From contig CM059425.1 in assembly GCA_030390025.1 (NCBI GenBank), positions 170,750,001-170,814,000 of the forward strand: DNA of 64,000 nt. The letters are read 5' to 3'. The notes beneath the pieces are model-generated. The model saw nothing but the letters and a program-made list of their open reading frames with translations, was not told the DNA's origin and made no database searches. The DNA is from Squalus acanthias. Lineage: Eukaryota. Below are positions 50,378-62,457 of the stretch, piece by piece; within the stretch, counting starts at the first letter, position 1, and each line of letters opens with the position of its first letter. Both the position numbers and the translations under genes were made by a program.

Positions 50378-51155
50378 TGTAAGATCCGGATCACAGGCCA
50401 CACACAGATTACCCAAAAGGGTTTTAGAAGTTGTCAGGCTTTTATTAAAGAGCTACAGTTTTAAAGCATAATCAGGTATTACATATGGTCTAAGCCGAGT
50501 ATAATAGACATACAACCCTTGACAGTAGGAACGATCTACGACTACCGAATCGGAATGCCACGACCGGACGGACGGGGAGGCAGTACGGTGGTCTCGGATT
50601 GGGTGGATTCCTGCAGTCTGCTGCAGCGGTCACTTCCGTTGGGTCATCTCTCGAGCTGTTGGAGGTGTTAGGCCGTCAGCCACCTCAGAGGCTAAACTTG
50701 ACCAAGGTGTTAGGCCGTAGCCACCTTGGGGAAGCCTTCGCCCCTAACTGCCTGATTTCCTCTCTCGGTCGTCTATATTTATAGTTATTTCGGTGGGCTG
50801 GTAATCACCTGGTGTCAATCATTTGATCCCCAATTCTATTGTCCAATTGTGAAGCGGGAAGGCATCCCTCCCCGTCCCTTTCTGCATGACTGACAAGGCC
50901 TCCCTCTTATCTTTCTGAGGAATGTTTTGTTATGTTTCTTTAAGGACATTTTATGACTTTTCGGCTCCATTTTTGTCTATTATCCCCCACCCTGTGTTGT
51001 TTTGCATTTTACGATTCCCTTATCACTCCTATTTGTCTTTTGATGCTTGATATTCGACCTTGCTGGCATTTCTGCCATCTGTTCCTGGCTGCATGTTGTC
51101 AGTCTCTGTTCTAAGAATTAAAACCCATCTTTGAATCTAACTGCTATTTCTTACA
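50378..51155 (-). repeat. 3' LTR
   Basis: Direct repeat of 54570-55347 with about 20 substitutions counted by eye; minus-strand TATAAATA at ~50776-50783 and AATAAA at 50441-50446. Confidence 0.95.
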
Positions 51156-51167
51156 ATTCCCTTCTTT
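51156..51167 (-). promoter_or_regulatory. Polypurine tract AAAGAAGGGAAT abutting the 3' LTR
   Basis: attcccttcttt lies immediately inside the LTR boundary. Confidence 0.75.
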
Positions 51168-51522
51168 GAGAAGGAAATATCCTTATTGACTTCTCACAGT
51201 CGGCTCTTGACTAATCTAGCTAGTTCTTATTGCTCTCCCAACTTGGGCATTAGTTAGTAGGGAGTCTTGAAGATTTCTCCCTTCCTTACAGTCCATTCTT
51301 TTGAGGAGAAGGAGCAACCTCTGACCCCTTACTCAAATTCAATTCACTGTTCCGGTGTTCCAATTCTGCCCCGCCTGGGGTATCCTCTGTTTCTGCTATC
51401 TTTCCTCATGTTACCCCGCCTGGGGTCTCCTCTACATTGCTTTGGATCTTTTCTTTCAGTGTGCTCAATTAATTTGTTAGCGCTGATTAGTCATGGGCAT
51501 GAGTACAGAATTGGCTTATGTA

Positions 51523-52560
51523 TCAAAGTCTTACTCCACACATTACATATATCAAATACACTATCATTACAAGTTGGATAACTACCAGAGCGTGTGAAAT
51601 AATACGAACGTAAGGGTGTGCTGATATATTAAGCCCAATATCCCACCAGTGTGAGTTGTCCCCTATGCTGTCAATTTCAATATCTATTCTCGAGTTGTCT
51701 TGCTCCAAAACATAAAAATGCTTTAGGGAGGAGTTCAGTCGCATCACAAGCTCACTGAAGCCCTCAGACAACAGGGGAATGTAGTATCCGAATTGTGCCA
51801 CATAATTGTGCAGCTCATACTTAAGTATCTCATTTACTGCCAGTTTCACTTGAGCATAGGTTTCGATATTATGCAAAACGTGTTGATTGATGGGACAGTT
51901 CCTGTTAGACACATAAAGCATGGTAGTTGCGGTAGTAGTGACACAGGAGGCACCATCAAAACCACCTCATACTGGATTCGCACTGGTTTTTCCCACGCTC
52001 TGTTACCTACAAAACACAATTATTACAGTCACAGTTAAATTCAGTCTTACAATCATTTCAAGCGACATTACAGTTTAACATCTAATCAACAAATCATGGA
52101 CTTAAAAGATTCTCCAGATCTCTCTTTTACTCATATCCATCTTGTGGATAATTCTTACTAAACATGATTTCTCCTTAGCCCTCAATTGTCCCAATCCAGA
52201 TTCCATGTAACTCTCCACTTCAACTTCAATTTCAATCCCTCTAACAGGTACCAGTGTATTTAACTCTATTCTGATTGTTTCATTAATTAGATAGTTTCTC
52301 GATGGAGTATGTGTCAATGCTTTAAAGGTTGTCTCGCTCTCCTGAACCACATTAACCATTTCATGTTTTGCTCTTGTCAAGTAACTGAGCAGACTGAGAC
52401 CCGTTCTTCAGTGCAGATTCACCATACATTCCCGGATGGTAATTGCCTCATACGTAACGAATCACATTTGCACACTCATACCGGTATCTCAATATCGTGC
52501 CACACATGCCATCCAATACAAGTCTTTCTTGGGCTTTCAGGTGATCTTATCAAAAGATTG
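51523..52560 (-). pseudogene. env-like envelope glycoprotein remnant
   Basis: Env position just before the PPT; basic KPKK site followed by heptad-like segment with sequon INET; then GGFDGASCVTTT..CPI, heptad segment, WWDIG and hydrophobic IISHALVVIQLVMIVYLIYVM; stops and an apparent internal deletion. Confidence 0.7.
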
Positions 52561-54180
52561 TCTGGAGGTCTTTGTTCATCTTCCACCGCATGGTTCTGAT
52601 GTCTTGGGTAGTGGCCAGGCTATCAAATTCAGTTTTCTTAAAAAGTTAATTATAGGCAGGGACACAAATATCTCCAAGAGAAAGCTATCAATTTAGTATT
52701 CTTAACTACACTTTCCTGACTTTCACTAGAAAGTTTGGAAAATTCTCAGTTGGTGGTGTAATTCTCCTGTTTCTATCTCACACCCTCAATCACTTCCTCT
52801 CTCCATTTTACACATCCTATTAATTACTATTCATATCTCATTCATGAGCCCTGGAGGAACTTTACTGTCCAGTACAATATTTAAGATTGAAAACATAGAT
52901 CAAACATTCTCATTTGGTCCAAGTTATTAACACTTTTTATTTATCATTATTTTAGAGGATCTTTTATTTTCCCAAAAGTAACCCAATATATAGTGCCTGA
53001 GTCCATTTTGTTATTACAAAATTATCCCAAAATCCAAACAGCAGTATTATTGAACTGACAGGTTTTGTCAATGTTCAATTTCATTTCTATCAATTTATCC
53101 TCCATTTCCAATTTCAGAAACAAGTGATTCCCAGGCTAGGTGGCTTACACAGTGTTTTAACATTAGAGACAGAAGTTCTGCAATTAGTTTACAAGGTAAC
53201 TTCCATATAACAAAAGAAAGAAGAGACTCCATTGTGACTCTACTTAGAGCCCAAGGGGTTAATTTATCAAATCATAATTTTCCTTCTGTCACTGTGGGGA
53301 AATATTAACTTAAAATTAAGAAACTTAAATTTAATAATGTCCAATATCTTTAAATTTCATATTAAAGTTGTTGCTCGGTGAACTTAAACAGCTGTCAGTG
53401 GAAAGGGTTAACTCCTTTGCAGGTTTTTAAGAAGGTGGAGCGAAACATTGTCAGGCGCACGCAATTGCGTCACTTCACGTAAATTTAAAAAAACTTTCCC
53501 GATCAAAAAAGACAGTTGTGTTTTCACACTTTAACTAAACACGAACAGAACAGATAAAACAAAACAAATTAGCACATGTTTGCAGAACCAGTAAATTACA
53601 TCATATTTCTTATTGTCCTTTCTTCAGATGTCTTTCCAAATTACTGTCAAAACATTGAATATAACTGGAGAAAAATTAGTTTTTCACATTTAAGCAAATC
53701 AAATCAAACTGCTTTGGAAGATTTCACCATAGCAACCGCGACTCCAAGGTTAAATGTTAGACTGAAACTTAATCTTTTGTTAAACAAACTTTTTGTTGCT
53801 CTTCTCAGTTTTTACACACCAGCTTAACTTAAATTGTAGTTCAAAGTTTTTTTTCCCAATTATTGTGGCACAATCTTATTCGCACATTCTTAAAACTTCC
53901 AAAATCCAAGACAAGATAAAAGTTTTTAAACGCTTTTAACACAGAGAAGTGGGTGGAGCTAAATCACACATAACAGAATCTTTCTTTTAAAGACAGACTT
54001 TTCAGACAAAAGAAATACTGTAACTTCTTAAACATTCATAGTCAGGAAAACATTCACACTTTACCACACATTTTCATACAAACTGAAATTCCAGCATTTT
54101 TTAAGGTTCCTTTCACTCAGCAAATCTTGTGTTTTATTTGTCTCAGCACAAACATTAATAACTTCCATGTCGGTAAAGCT

Positions 54181-54426
54181 TTAAATTTCTCTTTTGTTTC
54201 TTTTTTTAAATCGGTGTCTCAGCAGCTTTTCCTGGCTTTCCAAATCCCTGTTTTTTCCCTTCCTTTGCTGAGTTTTCAGATTGGTTAGCCTGCAAATTAG
54301 ATCTTTTTCCTTCTTTAGCTCTCCCTCTCTCTCCTGCACTTTATGCTTTACCTCCTTCAGGCTATTTATCAACTGTTCCCGGTGATATGCCAACGTCATT
54401 GTATTTCTGGTTTTACCTTTCAACAA
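54181..54426 (-). pseudogene. Coiled-coil, basic ORF remnant in gag position
   Basis: EQLINSLKEVKHKVQEREGELKKEKD lies ~125 nt downstream of the PBS; assignment is positional only. Confidence 0.35.
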
Positions 54427-54550
54427 GCTCTTTACCGCTCCCTTCTTTCAGAGAGAATAAAACACTATACTCAGTCTAAGCAACGATCACATGCATTTGA
54501 CCAGTCCCTCCGGTCACCCTGACTGGAACTTTACAACTCCTAACTCTGTG

Positions 54551-54568
54551 ATCCCACTTCTGACACCA
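54551..54568 (-). promoter_or_regulatory. Primer-binding site TGGTGTCAGAAGTGGGAT, complementary to the 3' end of tRNA-Leu
   Basis: Plus strand atcccacttctgacacca equals the last 18 nt (including CCA) of vertebrate tRNA-Leu(CAA) as recalled. Confidence 0.85.
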
Positions 54569-54569
54569 C

Positions 54570-55347
54570 TGTAAGATCTGGATCACAGGCCACACACAGA
54601 TTACCCAAAAGGGTTTTAGAAGTTGTAAGGCTTTTATTAAAGAGCTACAGTTTTAAAGCATAATCAGGTATTACATATGGTTTAAGCCGAGTATAATAGA
54701 CATACAACCCGTGACAGTAGGAGCGATCTACGACTCCCGGAGCGGAATGCCACGACTGGACAGACGGGGAGGCAGTACGGTGGTCTCGGATTGGGTGGAT
54801 TCCTGCAGTCTGCTGCAGCGGTCACTTCCGTTGGGTCATCTCTCGAGCTGTTGGAGGTGTTAGGCCGTCAGCCACCTCAGAGGCTAAACTTGACCAAGGT
54901 GTTAGGCCGCAGCCACCTCGGGGAAGCCTTCGGCCCTAACTGCCTGATTTCCTCTCTCGGTCGTCTATATTTATAGTTATTTCGGTGGGCTGGTAATCAC
55001 CTGGTGTCAATCATTTGATCCCCCATCCTGTTGTCCAATTGTGAAGCGGGATGGCATCCCTCTCCGTCCCTTTCTGCATGACTGACAAGGCCTCCCTCTT
55101 ATCTTTCTGAGGAATGTTTTGTTATGTTTCTTTAAGGACATTTTATGACTTTTCGGCTCCATTTTTGTCTATTATCCCTCACCCTGTGTTGTTTTGCATT
55201 TTACGATTCCCTTATCACTTCTATTTGTCTTTTGATGCTTGATATTCGACCTTGCTGGCATTTCTGCCATCTGTTCCCGGCTGCATGTTGTCAGTCTCTG
55301 TTCTAAGAATTAAAACCCATCTTTGAATCTAACAGCTATTTCTTACA
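54570..55347 (-). repeat. 5' LTR
   Basis: Same length and termini as the other LTR; followed on the minus strand by one base and then the PBS. Confidence 0.95.
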
Positions 55348-55397
55348 TAGGGGATGGTATTTCAGTGTGGGAATACGTCTGTGGGATTCCCATTCCC

Positions 55398-55645
55398 ATA
55401 CCCTGATACATCCCCATTGAAGTGTGTGTCTGATCTCATCCAATACCCTGATTACATTCCCATTGTAATATCTATTTGAAATCACCAGTTACTCTGATCA
55501 CATTCCCATTGCAATACCTGTCTGATATCATGCCGTACTCTGATGATAATCCCGCTGAAGTGTCTGTCTGATCTCATGCCATACACTAATCACATTCCTA
55601 CTGAAGTGTCTGTCAAATCTCACCCAACACCCTGAATGCACTCCT
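55398..55645. repeat. Degenerate ~46-bp tandem repeat, ~5.5 copies
   Basis: Units like ataccctgatcacattcccattgaagtgtctgtctgatctcatgcc start near 55398, 55443, 55489, 55535, 55581 and 55627. Confidence 0.75.
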
Positions 55646-58109
55646 GGCGTGGTACTTTACACAGGGACAGAGGGGACAGACCAAATACTGACTGTATCAG
55701 AAAACCTTTCCGTGGGGAATACAGAAGCTGGTGGAACAGCTTTGATTGAGATTTTACTAAAATTGGATTTTAAAAATTGATTGTGAGAAATATTCATTTA
55801 AGAAATATGAGAATCATTTAATTTTTAAGAGGCTTAGAGGGGAAATACGACAGATAATAAGACATGTGCTGATATGCTATCAGATACAGCACTGCACAGC
55901 CCCGAGATGGCTGTCTGTTGGGAATCAACAATAGGTGATAACTTGCTGGTACAAACAAGAAAATAACATATTATGTATATCCTATTTTGGAGCGGCGAAT
56001 GCTGATGTAACATGATTATTTTCCACAAGACTTTATTAAAAAGTTGTTTAGTAATTAAAATCACACTTATTTTTAAACTTTTTATAAAGCAGAAATTCCA
56101 GTCTCAGCGCCAATTTTTTTTGCAACCTGGACACTCTAAACTGGTCAAAATAGTATGATTTGTACCTTAATATAAAAAGATTTCACAACTCATTTTCTAA
56201 TTCAGTCTAGTCCATTTTTCGTAAACTTAATTTGATACAGATCTGCCATGATCTAATTGAATGGCGGAACAAGCTCAAGGGGCTGAATGGCCAACTCCTA
56301 TTCCTATGTTCCTAACTGGATTCTGTCCCAGTAAAATAATCTCAAATGGGACATATTATTCTAAGCACTTGATTATTTTGCAACCCAATAATCTAGGGAA
56401 TGTGCATCACCTGGGACCACGTCTACCGTGAAGATTTGTTCACAAAAAAGCCAGTCTGCAAATAGAATAAGGTGAGACCTCACAGTCCAGAAGCTGACAA
56501 AAATGATATGTTACAGGATAGACTTCTGTGACGCACAGCTATACCCGTTTCTGTACTCGAAGGATTGTCTTTGGAATTAAACTACTTACTTTTAAATGAA
56601 GATGAAAAAAGATACTTGCCACATTTTTAGTTTGGTCTCACTGTTGCCACAAAACATTTATTGGCCAAGAGACAAATTGTTCTCAGGTCACTACCCAATG
56701 CTGTTATAGCCCCAGCAACGAAGGGATTTTTTTGGCAGAAACCAGAGATAATTTGCCCTCCAGTGATGATTTGACCTCCAGTGATGATTTGACCGACCTT
56801 TCCATGGAGTTGTGCCTGGCTTCCACTTGATACCTTCATCTGCAAACTCAACCAATATTCAAGAAGGGATGAGCATGAGCATGAATTTAGTTAAAAGACA
56901 GTGCAGTCCAGTTTTTAAGAACATTTGAAATGCTCAGCCCTCAAGATCTCCCATATCATTATAAAGAACAGAGTTTAAATAACTGCCTTGCTGAGAGAAT
57001 TACATTTCTCCACGTAACACAAAGAACTGCAAAGCATACAGGGGTTTAATTCCCTCCATCCACTATTTTTAGCACATTGGTTAACTCATTCCTACTCTCA
57101 CTATGTAATGCAGTTGTTAATGCATTTAATTATAAACAGCTTAACAGCAGCATTAAAAGACTGCAGGCACAAAGTTAATAGAAATGTGTTAGCCAGTGAA
57201 CTAAGAATAGCGCGCACAGGAAATTAAATCCCTTAGTGTTTAAAGATTGAAGGCAATTTACAGATAGACACCGATGATGGGGAATCTCACCCACCACCAG
57301 CACGTATTTGAAAACTGTGGGCAGGGCACATGCAATGTTCAGACATGTATCAGCGATGGACAAGGTTCCCCACCGCCAGTGCGTACTTGGAAAATTACCC
57401 TTATTCTGTTGACAGGGACCCTATGATGTTAATTCATGATGATCCGTGCCGCAGAATTCATGATCAGCCAATCTGCAGCACATATCAGGAGATTGCGCAC
57501 CCCCAGCCCCTGTTTTCTGTTCATTCAGCACTCCCAGCATAGAGCTGTGCTCACTGGGAGCACATATCAGGAGGTAGGGGACGGGACAATAAGGAAAATA
57601 ACACAATTTAAAATTAAACTGATAAAGACAGAGAGTAAAAGGCTCAAACATTAAAACAAAACTTAACTGGAGATAAGACAAGATGCAACCAGAGAGATTG
57701 TGAAGATGTTTACAGAATGGGGAGAAAGCCATCAAGCAGCCAAATTGTTTAATTACAGTATGACAAGTTTTTATCAGGAAAACACATTATAAATGTAAAC
57801 ATAGGAAATTATAGTGGGAAAAAGTGCAAAGAAAAACATGACAACAGAAGGTCAAGTGGTGTAGACAGGAGGTGTGTACAGACAGACCAGCAGATCTCCT
57901 ATGGCATTGCTCAAAATTAGTTAGTGGTTTTATAAGGACACGATGCATTATACCAAGTAGTGTTATCGGGGACACTAATCTAGCATCATTGGGGGTGGCT
58001 CTGGGATCTGGGAAGATAGCCTAGGGTTTGCCAGTACTGGGTGGTATCACAGGGTTTAGCAGTTCTTCGAGGGGTTCCCATGGAGCAGTGGAAAGGGGCT
58101 CCAGGGGTT

Positions 58110-58970
58110 CTTTTTTTTTGTTCGTTTATGGGATCAGGGCGTCGCTGGCAAGGCCAGCATTTATTGCCCATCCCTAGTTGCCCTTGAGAAGGTGGTGGTG
58201 AGCCACCTTCTTGAACCGCTGCAGTCCGTGTAGTGAAGGTACTCCCACAGTGCTGTTAGGGAGGGAGTTCCAGGATTTTGACCCAGCGACGATGAAGAAT
58301 CGGCGATATACTTCTAAGTCAGGATGGTGTGTGACTTGGAGGGGAACTTGGAGTTAGTGGTGTTCCCATGCACCTGCTGCCCTTGTCCTTCTAGGTGGAA
58401 GAGGTCGTGGGTTTGGAAGGTGCTGCCGAAGAAGCCTTGGCGAGTTGCTGCAGTGCATCTTGTAGATGGTACACACTGCAGCCACGGTACACCGGTGGTG
58501 GAGGGAGTGAATGTTTGAGGTGGTGGATGGGGTGCCATTCAAGCGGGCTGCTTTGTCCTGGATGGTGTCGAGCTTCTTGAGTGTTGTTGGAGCTGCACTC
58601 ATCCAGGCAAGTGGAGAGTATTCCATCACACTCCTTACTTGTGCCTTGTAGATGGTGCAAAGGCTTTGGGGAGTCAGGAGGTGAGACACTCGCCACAGAA
58701 TACCTAGCCTCTGACCTGCTCTTGTTGCCACAGTATTTATGCGGCTGGTCCAGATAAGTTTCTGGTTAATGGTGACCCCCCAGGATGTTGATAGTGGGGG
58801 ATTCGGCGATGGTAATACCGTTGAATGTCAAGGGGAGGTGGTTAGACTCTCGCTTGTTGGAGATAGTCATTGCCTGGCACTTCTGTGGTGCGAATGTTAC
58901 CTGCCACTTATCAGCCCAAGCCTGAACGTCGTCCAGGTCTTGTTGCATGCGGGCATGGACTGCTTCATGG
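58110..58970 (-). mobile_element. L2/CR1-group LINE 3' part
   Basis: MQQDLDDVQAWADKWQVTF; RAGQRLGILWRV..YKAQVRSVMEYSPLAW; A-tail at ~58111-58119. Confidence 0.85.
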
Positions 58971-59239
58971 GACTGCTTCATGGGATCTGGGGACATTAGG
59001 AAGGAAGGTTTTATGGTCTGATCACTCTGAGCAGTGGTACTGAGATCAGAGAGTTTCTCTAGGGGTTTGTGAACATGGAAAGAGGGTCACAAGATCTGTG
59101 AGTTAAGGAAAGACCTGGGAATGGTGGTCCTGGGGAGATGGTTTGGACAGTGGGGCATAGATTAGGGTAATTTTGAGAGAAGGAGAGGGAGAGAGAGAGA
59201 GAAATAACTTTTTTATCATTCTTCAGAATGAAATCATCA

Positions 59240-59510
59240 CTGGCAAGGCTGGCATATTTTGCACATCCCTAGTTGCCCTTGAGAAGGTGGTCATGGGTCT
59301 TGTCTTGAACTGCTGCAATCCATGTGGTGAAGGTACTCCCGCAATACTGGTAGGGAGAGCATTCCAGGATTTTGAAACAGCGACAATGAAGGAACAGCAA
59401 TATATGTCCAAGTCAGAATGACTTGGAGTCGATGTTGTTCCCATGCGCTTGCTGCGCTTGTCCTTCTAGGTGGCTGCAGTGGGTTTTGGAGGTGCTATGG
59501 AAGACGCCAT
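59240..59510 (-). mobile_element. Older L2/CR1-group 3' fragment
   Basis: Diverged copy of the same 3' UTR. Confidence 0.65.
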
Positions 59511-59516
59511 GACAAC

Positions 59517-62457
59517 TAACATAAGAACATAAGAATTAGGAGTAGGAGCAGGCCATACAGCCCCTCGAGCCTGCTCTGCCATTCAATATGATCATGATTG
59601 ATCTACGAATTCGACTCCAATTTCCAGCCCGATCCCCATATCCCTTGATTCCCCTAGAGTCCAAAAATCTATCTGTCTCAGCCTTGAATATACTCAACAG
59701 TGGGAATTTTTCGGGGGGGTCAGCGGGTGCGTTCGGTGGCGAGTCGGGTGGGAAAAAAATTTTGACAGCAGGTCGGGAACCCGTTGTCAACCCGCTGCCA
59801 CATGACTTTCCCAGATGTCGGGTCTGTCAGGGCTGAAGAATCCCAACAGGCAGCGGCATGGGAGGTAATTCAGGTCATTATGACCTTTTTAACAGCCCAT
59901 TAAAAAGTATTTTGAGCTCACCTTACCATTTTACAAGGTCCCCCACGGGGTCCACGCTGCTTGGGGATCACGTCAGGTAAGCAGGTCGGGAGTTGTATGA
60001 CCATGGGATCATCTCATTAGTTGACAGCTGCAACTGTGGTATAAAATCTCCATCTCATGGCTGTTCACTTTCCAAGCTCAGAAGCTGTTGCTTACTGCAT
60101 TTGGAAGACAGATTGAACTTTATGCAGGTTGCAAGTGTTTTGAGCAAACTCTCTATCCAGTGTCACCTCATTGGAACAACCTCTCTCACCATTGATAGAT
60201 CACTTCTGTCATTTCAAGTTCACCTGCCATATATTACATCAGCATCAGTGCCCTTGAAACTATCTCACCTTGGTCCTCAGAATCCCACCACAATCAGTCC
60301 TAACACCAGCAGCACCAGGCACACCAGCAGCACCAACAACAACACCAACCTTCTCCGCAATCAACTGATGCTACACAGGACACAAGGCATCAGCACCTGA
60401 CCACAGTGTTGCCGGAAAGCCAGGGATGACCTCACCATAGCCGGATTTACTTCACTTGACGATGTACACCCTGGCTGCCTCATTATGCGGCAGGTTGGCA
60501 CCACCCCACACCAACAACATAAAGTATCCCTACAATGACCAAGCCATTCCTTTCACACTCATCACTATTGCGGGGGGTGCCGTTATGTCTCACCATTCAC
60601 TGCAACTCACTAAGCCACTTCCAAATGTGCACACAAATCTGTCCAAGAACGCAAAGTGTTGAAAATAAAGATTTCAATGTTTGACAGCACATTAACAGAA
60701 ACTTCACATGAACATTGGCTAAAATACCCAAGTGCCTACCCTTGTGTGTTGTTAGTTGGTATGATTGGACTAGGATGAGGGTGAGTGTGAGGGATGGCTA
60801 GTGAGATGGGGAAGTGATAATGTAGATAGAGAGGGCTGGGTGGAGGTGCAAGGTAAGTTAGTGTTTATAAGGATGTGCAGGAGTAGGGTAGGGAAGGCAG
60901 AGTGATGGGGATGTGATGGGTGGCACAGTAGGATGAGGTTGAGTGTGGCTTTACAGTAACGTTTGTGATCTACTGAGATCATTGAAAGGTTTGCACCACT
61001 GCAGCCTGGTCCTCCTGACGACATCCCTGCTTGTGTCCTCCTGTACGATGTGCAACCAGGCTGCATTGGTCTCCTGGGGAGGTCTCTTCCGCCCATTGGA
61101 AAGGAAGAGAACCTCCCTGCATGCTTATGGAGGGAGTTATAGGAGAGCTTAGATGCAGCCGTGCACCTCTGTGCAGTGCTTGTCAGTGTTTGCAGCACCT
61201 CAATGCTGTAGAACACTGACAGCACAAATGTCAAAATCAATTTGCGCATGGTCCCTTTAAGGAAACCGGCTGATGACACATCATCAAATGATGACATCAG
61301 ACCCGCTTCCTTCAATTGGCCGGCAAACGTGCTGGGCGGGCTTAACAAGCCCAGTCAATGTAAAATCATTCTACAGTGCGGGCTGGAGCCAGCAGCAGGG
61401 TCGGGACCCACCACTGACGTCGCCCCCCACAGACCCGCTGAGGTAGGGGAAATCCCGGCCAACGACTAAGCATCCACAGCCCTTTGGGGAAGAGAATGCC
61501 AAAGATTCACAACCCTCTGAGTGAAGAAATTCCTCCTCATCTCAATCTTAAATGGCCACCTCCTTATCCTGAGACTATGCCCCCTAGTTCTAGACACTCC
61601 AGCCAGGGGAAACAACCTTTCAGCCTCTACCCTGTCAATCCCTCTCAGAATCTTAGATGTTTCAATGTGATCACCTCTCATTCTTCTAAACTTTAGAGAG
61701 TATAGGCCCATTCTACTCAATCTCTCATCGAAGGACTACCATCTCATCCCAGGAATCAATCCAGTGAACCTTCGTTGCACCACCTTCAAGGCAAGTATAT
61801 CCTTCCTTAGAAAAGTAGACCAAAACTGTGCACAGTACTCCAGGTGTGGTCTCACCAAAGCACTGTACAATTGTAGCAAGACTTTCTTACTCTTGTATTC
61901 AACCCCCTTGCAATAAAGGCCAACATTCCATTTGCCTTCCTAATTGTTTATTGCTAACTCTCTGTGTTTCCTATACGTGGCACCTAAATCTCTCTGAACA
62001 CCAACATATAATAGTTGCCCACCATTTTAAAAATATTCTGTTTTTCTATTCTTCCTACCAAAGTAATTAACTTCACATTTCCCCACATTATACTCCATCT
62101 GCCACCTTATTGCCCACTCACTTAACTTATCTATATCCCTTTGCAGGCTCTTTGTATCATCCTCACAGCTTACTTTCCCACCTAGCTTTGTATCATCAGC
62201 AAACTTGGATACATTACACTTGGTCCCTTCATCTAAGTCATTAATATGGATTTTAAATACCTTAGGCCCAAGCACTGATCCTTGCGGCACCCCACTAGTT
62301 ACAGCCTGCCAACCTGAAAATGACCCATTTATCCCTACTCTCTGTTTTCTGTCCATTAACCAATCCTCTATCCATGCTAATATATTGCCCCCAACCCCAT
62401 GAGCCCTTATCTTGCGTAACAACCTTTTATGCACCTTATCGAATGCCTTTTGGAAAC
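59517..62457 (-). mobile_element. 5'-truncated CR1 split by a Harbinger derivative
   Basis: FQKAFDKV, GVPQGSVLGP, KFADD; tail taacataagaacataagaa; flanks rejoin as tactcaac|gactaagcatcc. Confidence 0.85.
59699..61460. mobile_element. Non-autonomous Harbinger derivative with Myb remnant on the minus strand
   Basis: AAC duplicated at 59696-59698 and 61461-61463; degenerate TIRs AGTGGGAATTTT and GAAATCCCGGCC; RRTRLQWCKPFNDL at ~60975-61020. Confidence 0.75.

Larger units (their letters stand above)
50378..55347 (-). mobile_element. Non-autonomous LTR retroelement / endogenous-retrovirus-like provirus (4970 bp) with env-like remnant and no recognisable pol
   Basis: Two 778-bp LTRs (TGTAAGA..TCTTACA); TAGG at 50374-50377 and 55348-55351; PBS 54551-54568; PPT 51156-51167. 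Confidence 0.95.

Noticed and set aside
50599..50784. Duplicated 61-aa ORF (also 54791-54976)
   Set aside because: Consequence of the two LTR copies; antisense to the element, non-ATG start.
54551..54568. tRNA-Leu gene
   Set aside because: Only the 3' 18 nt including CCA are present, next to an LTR; this is a PBS.
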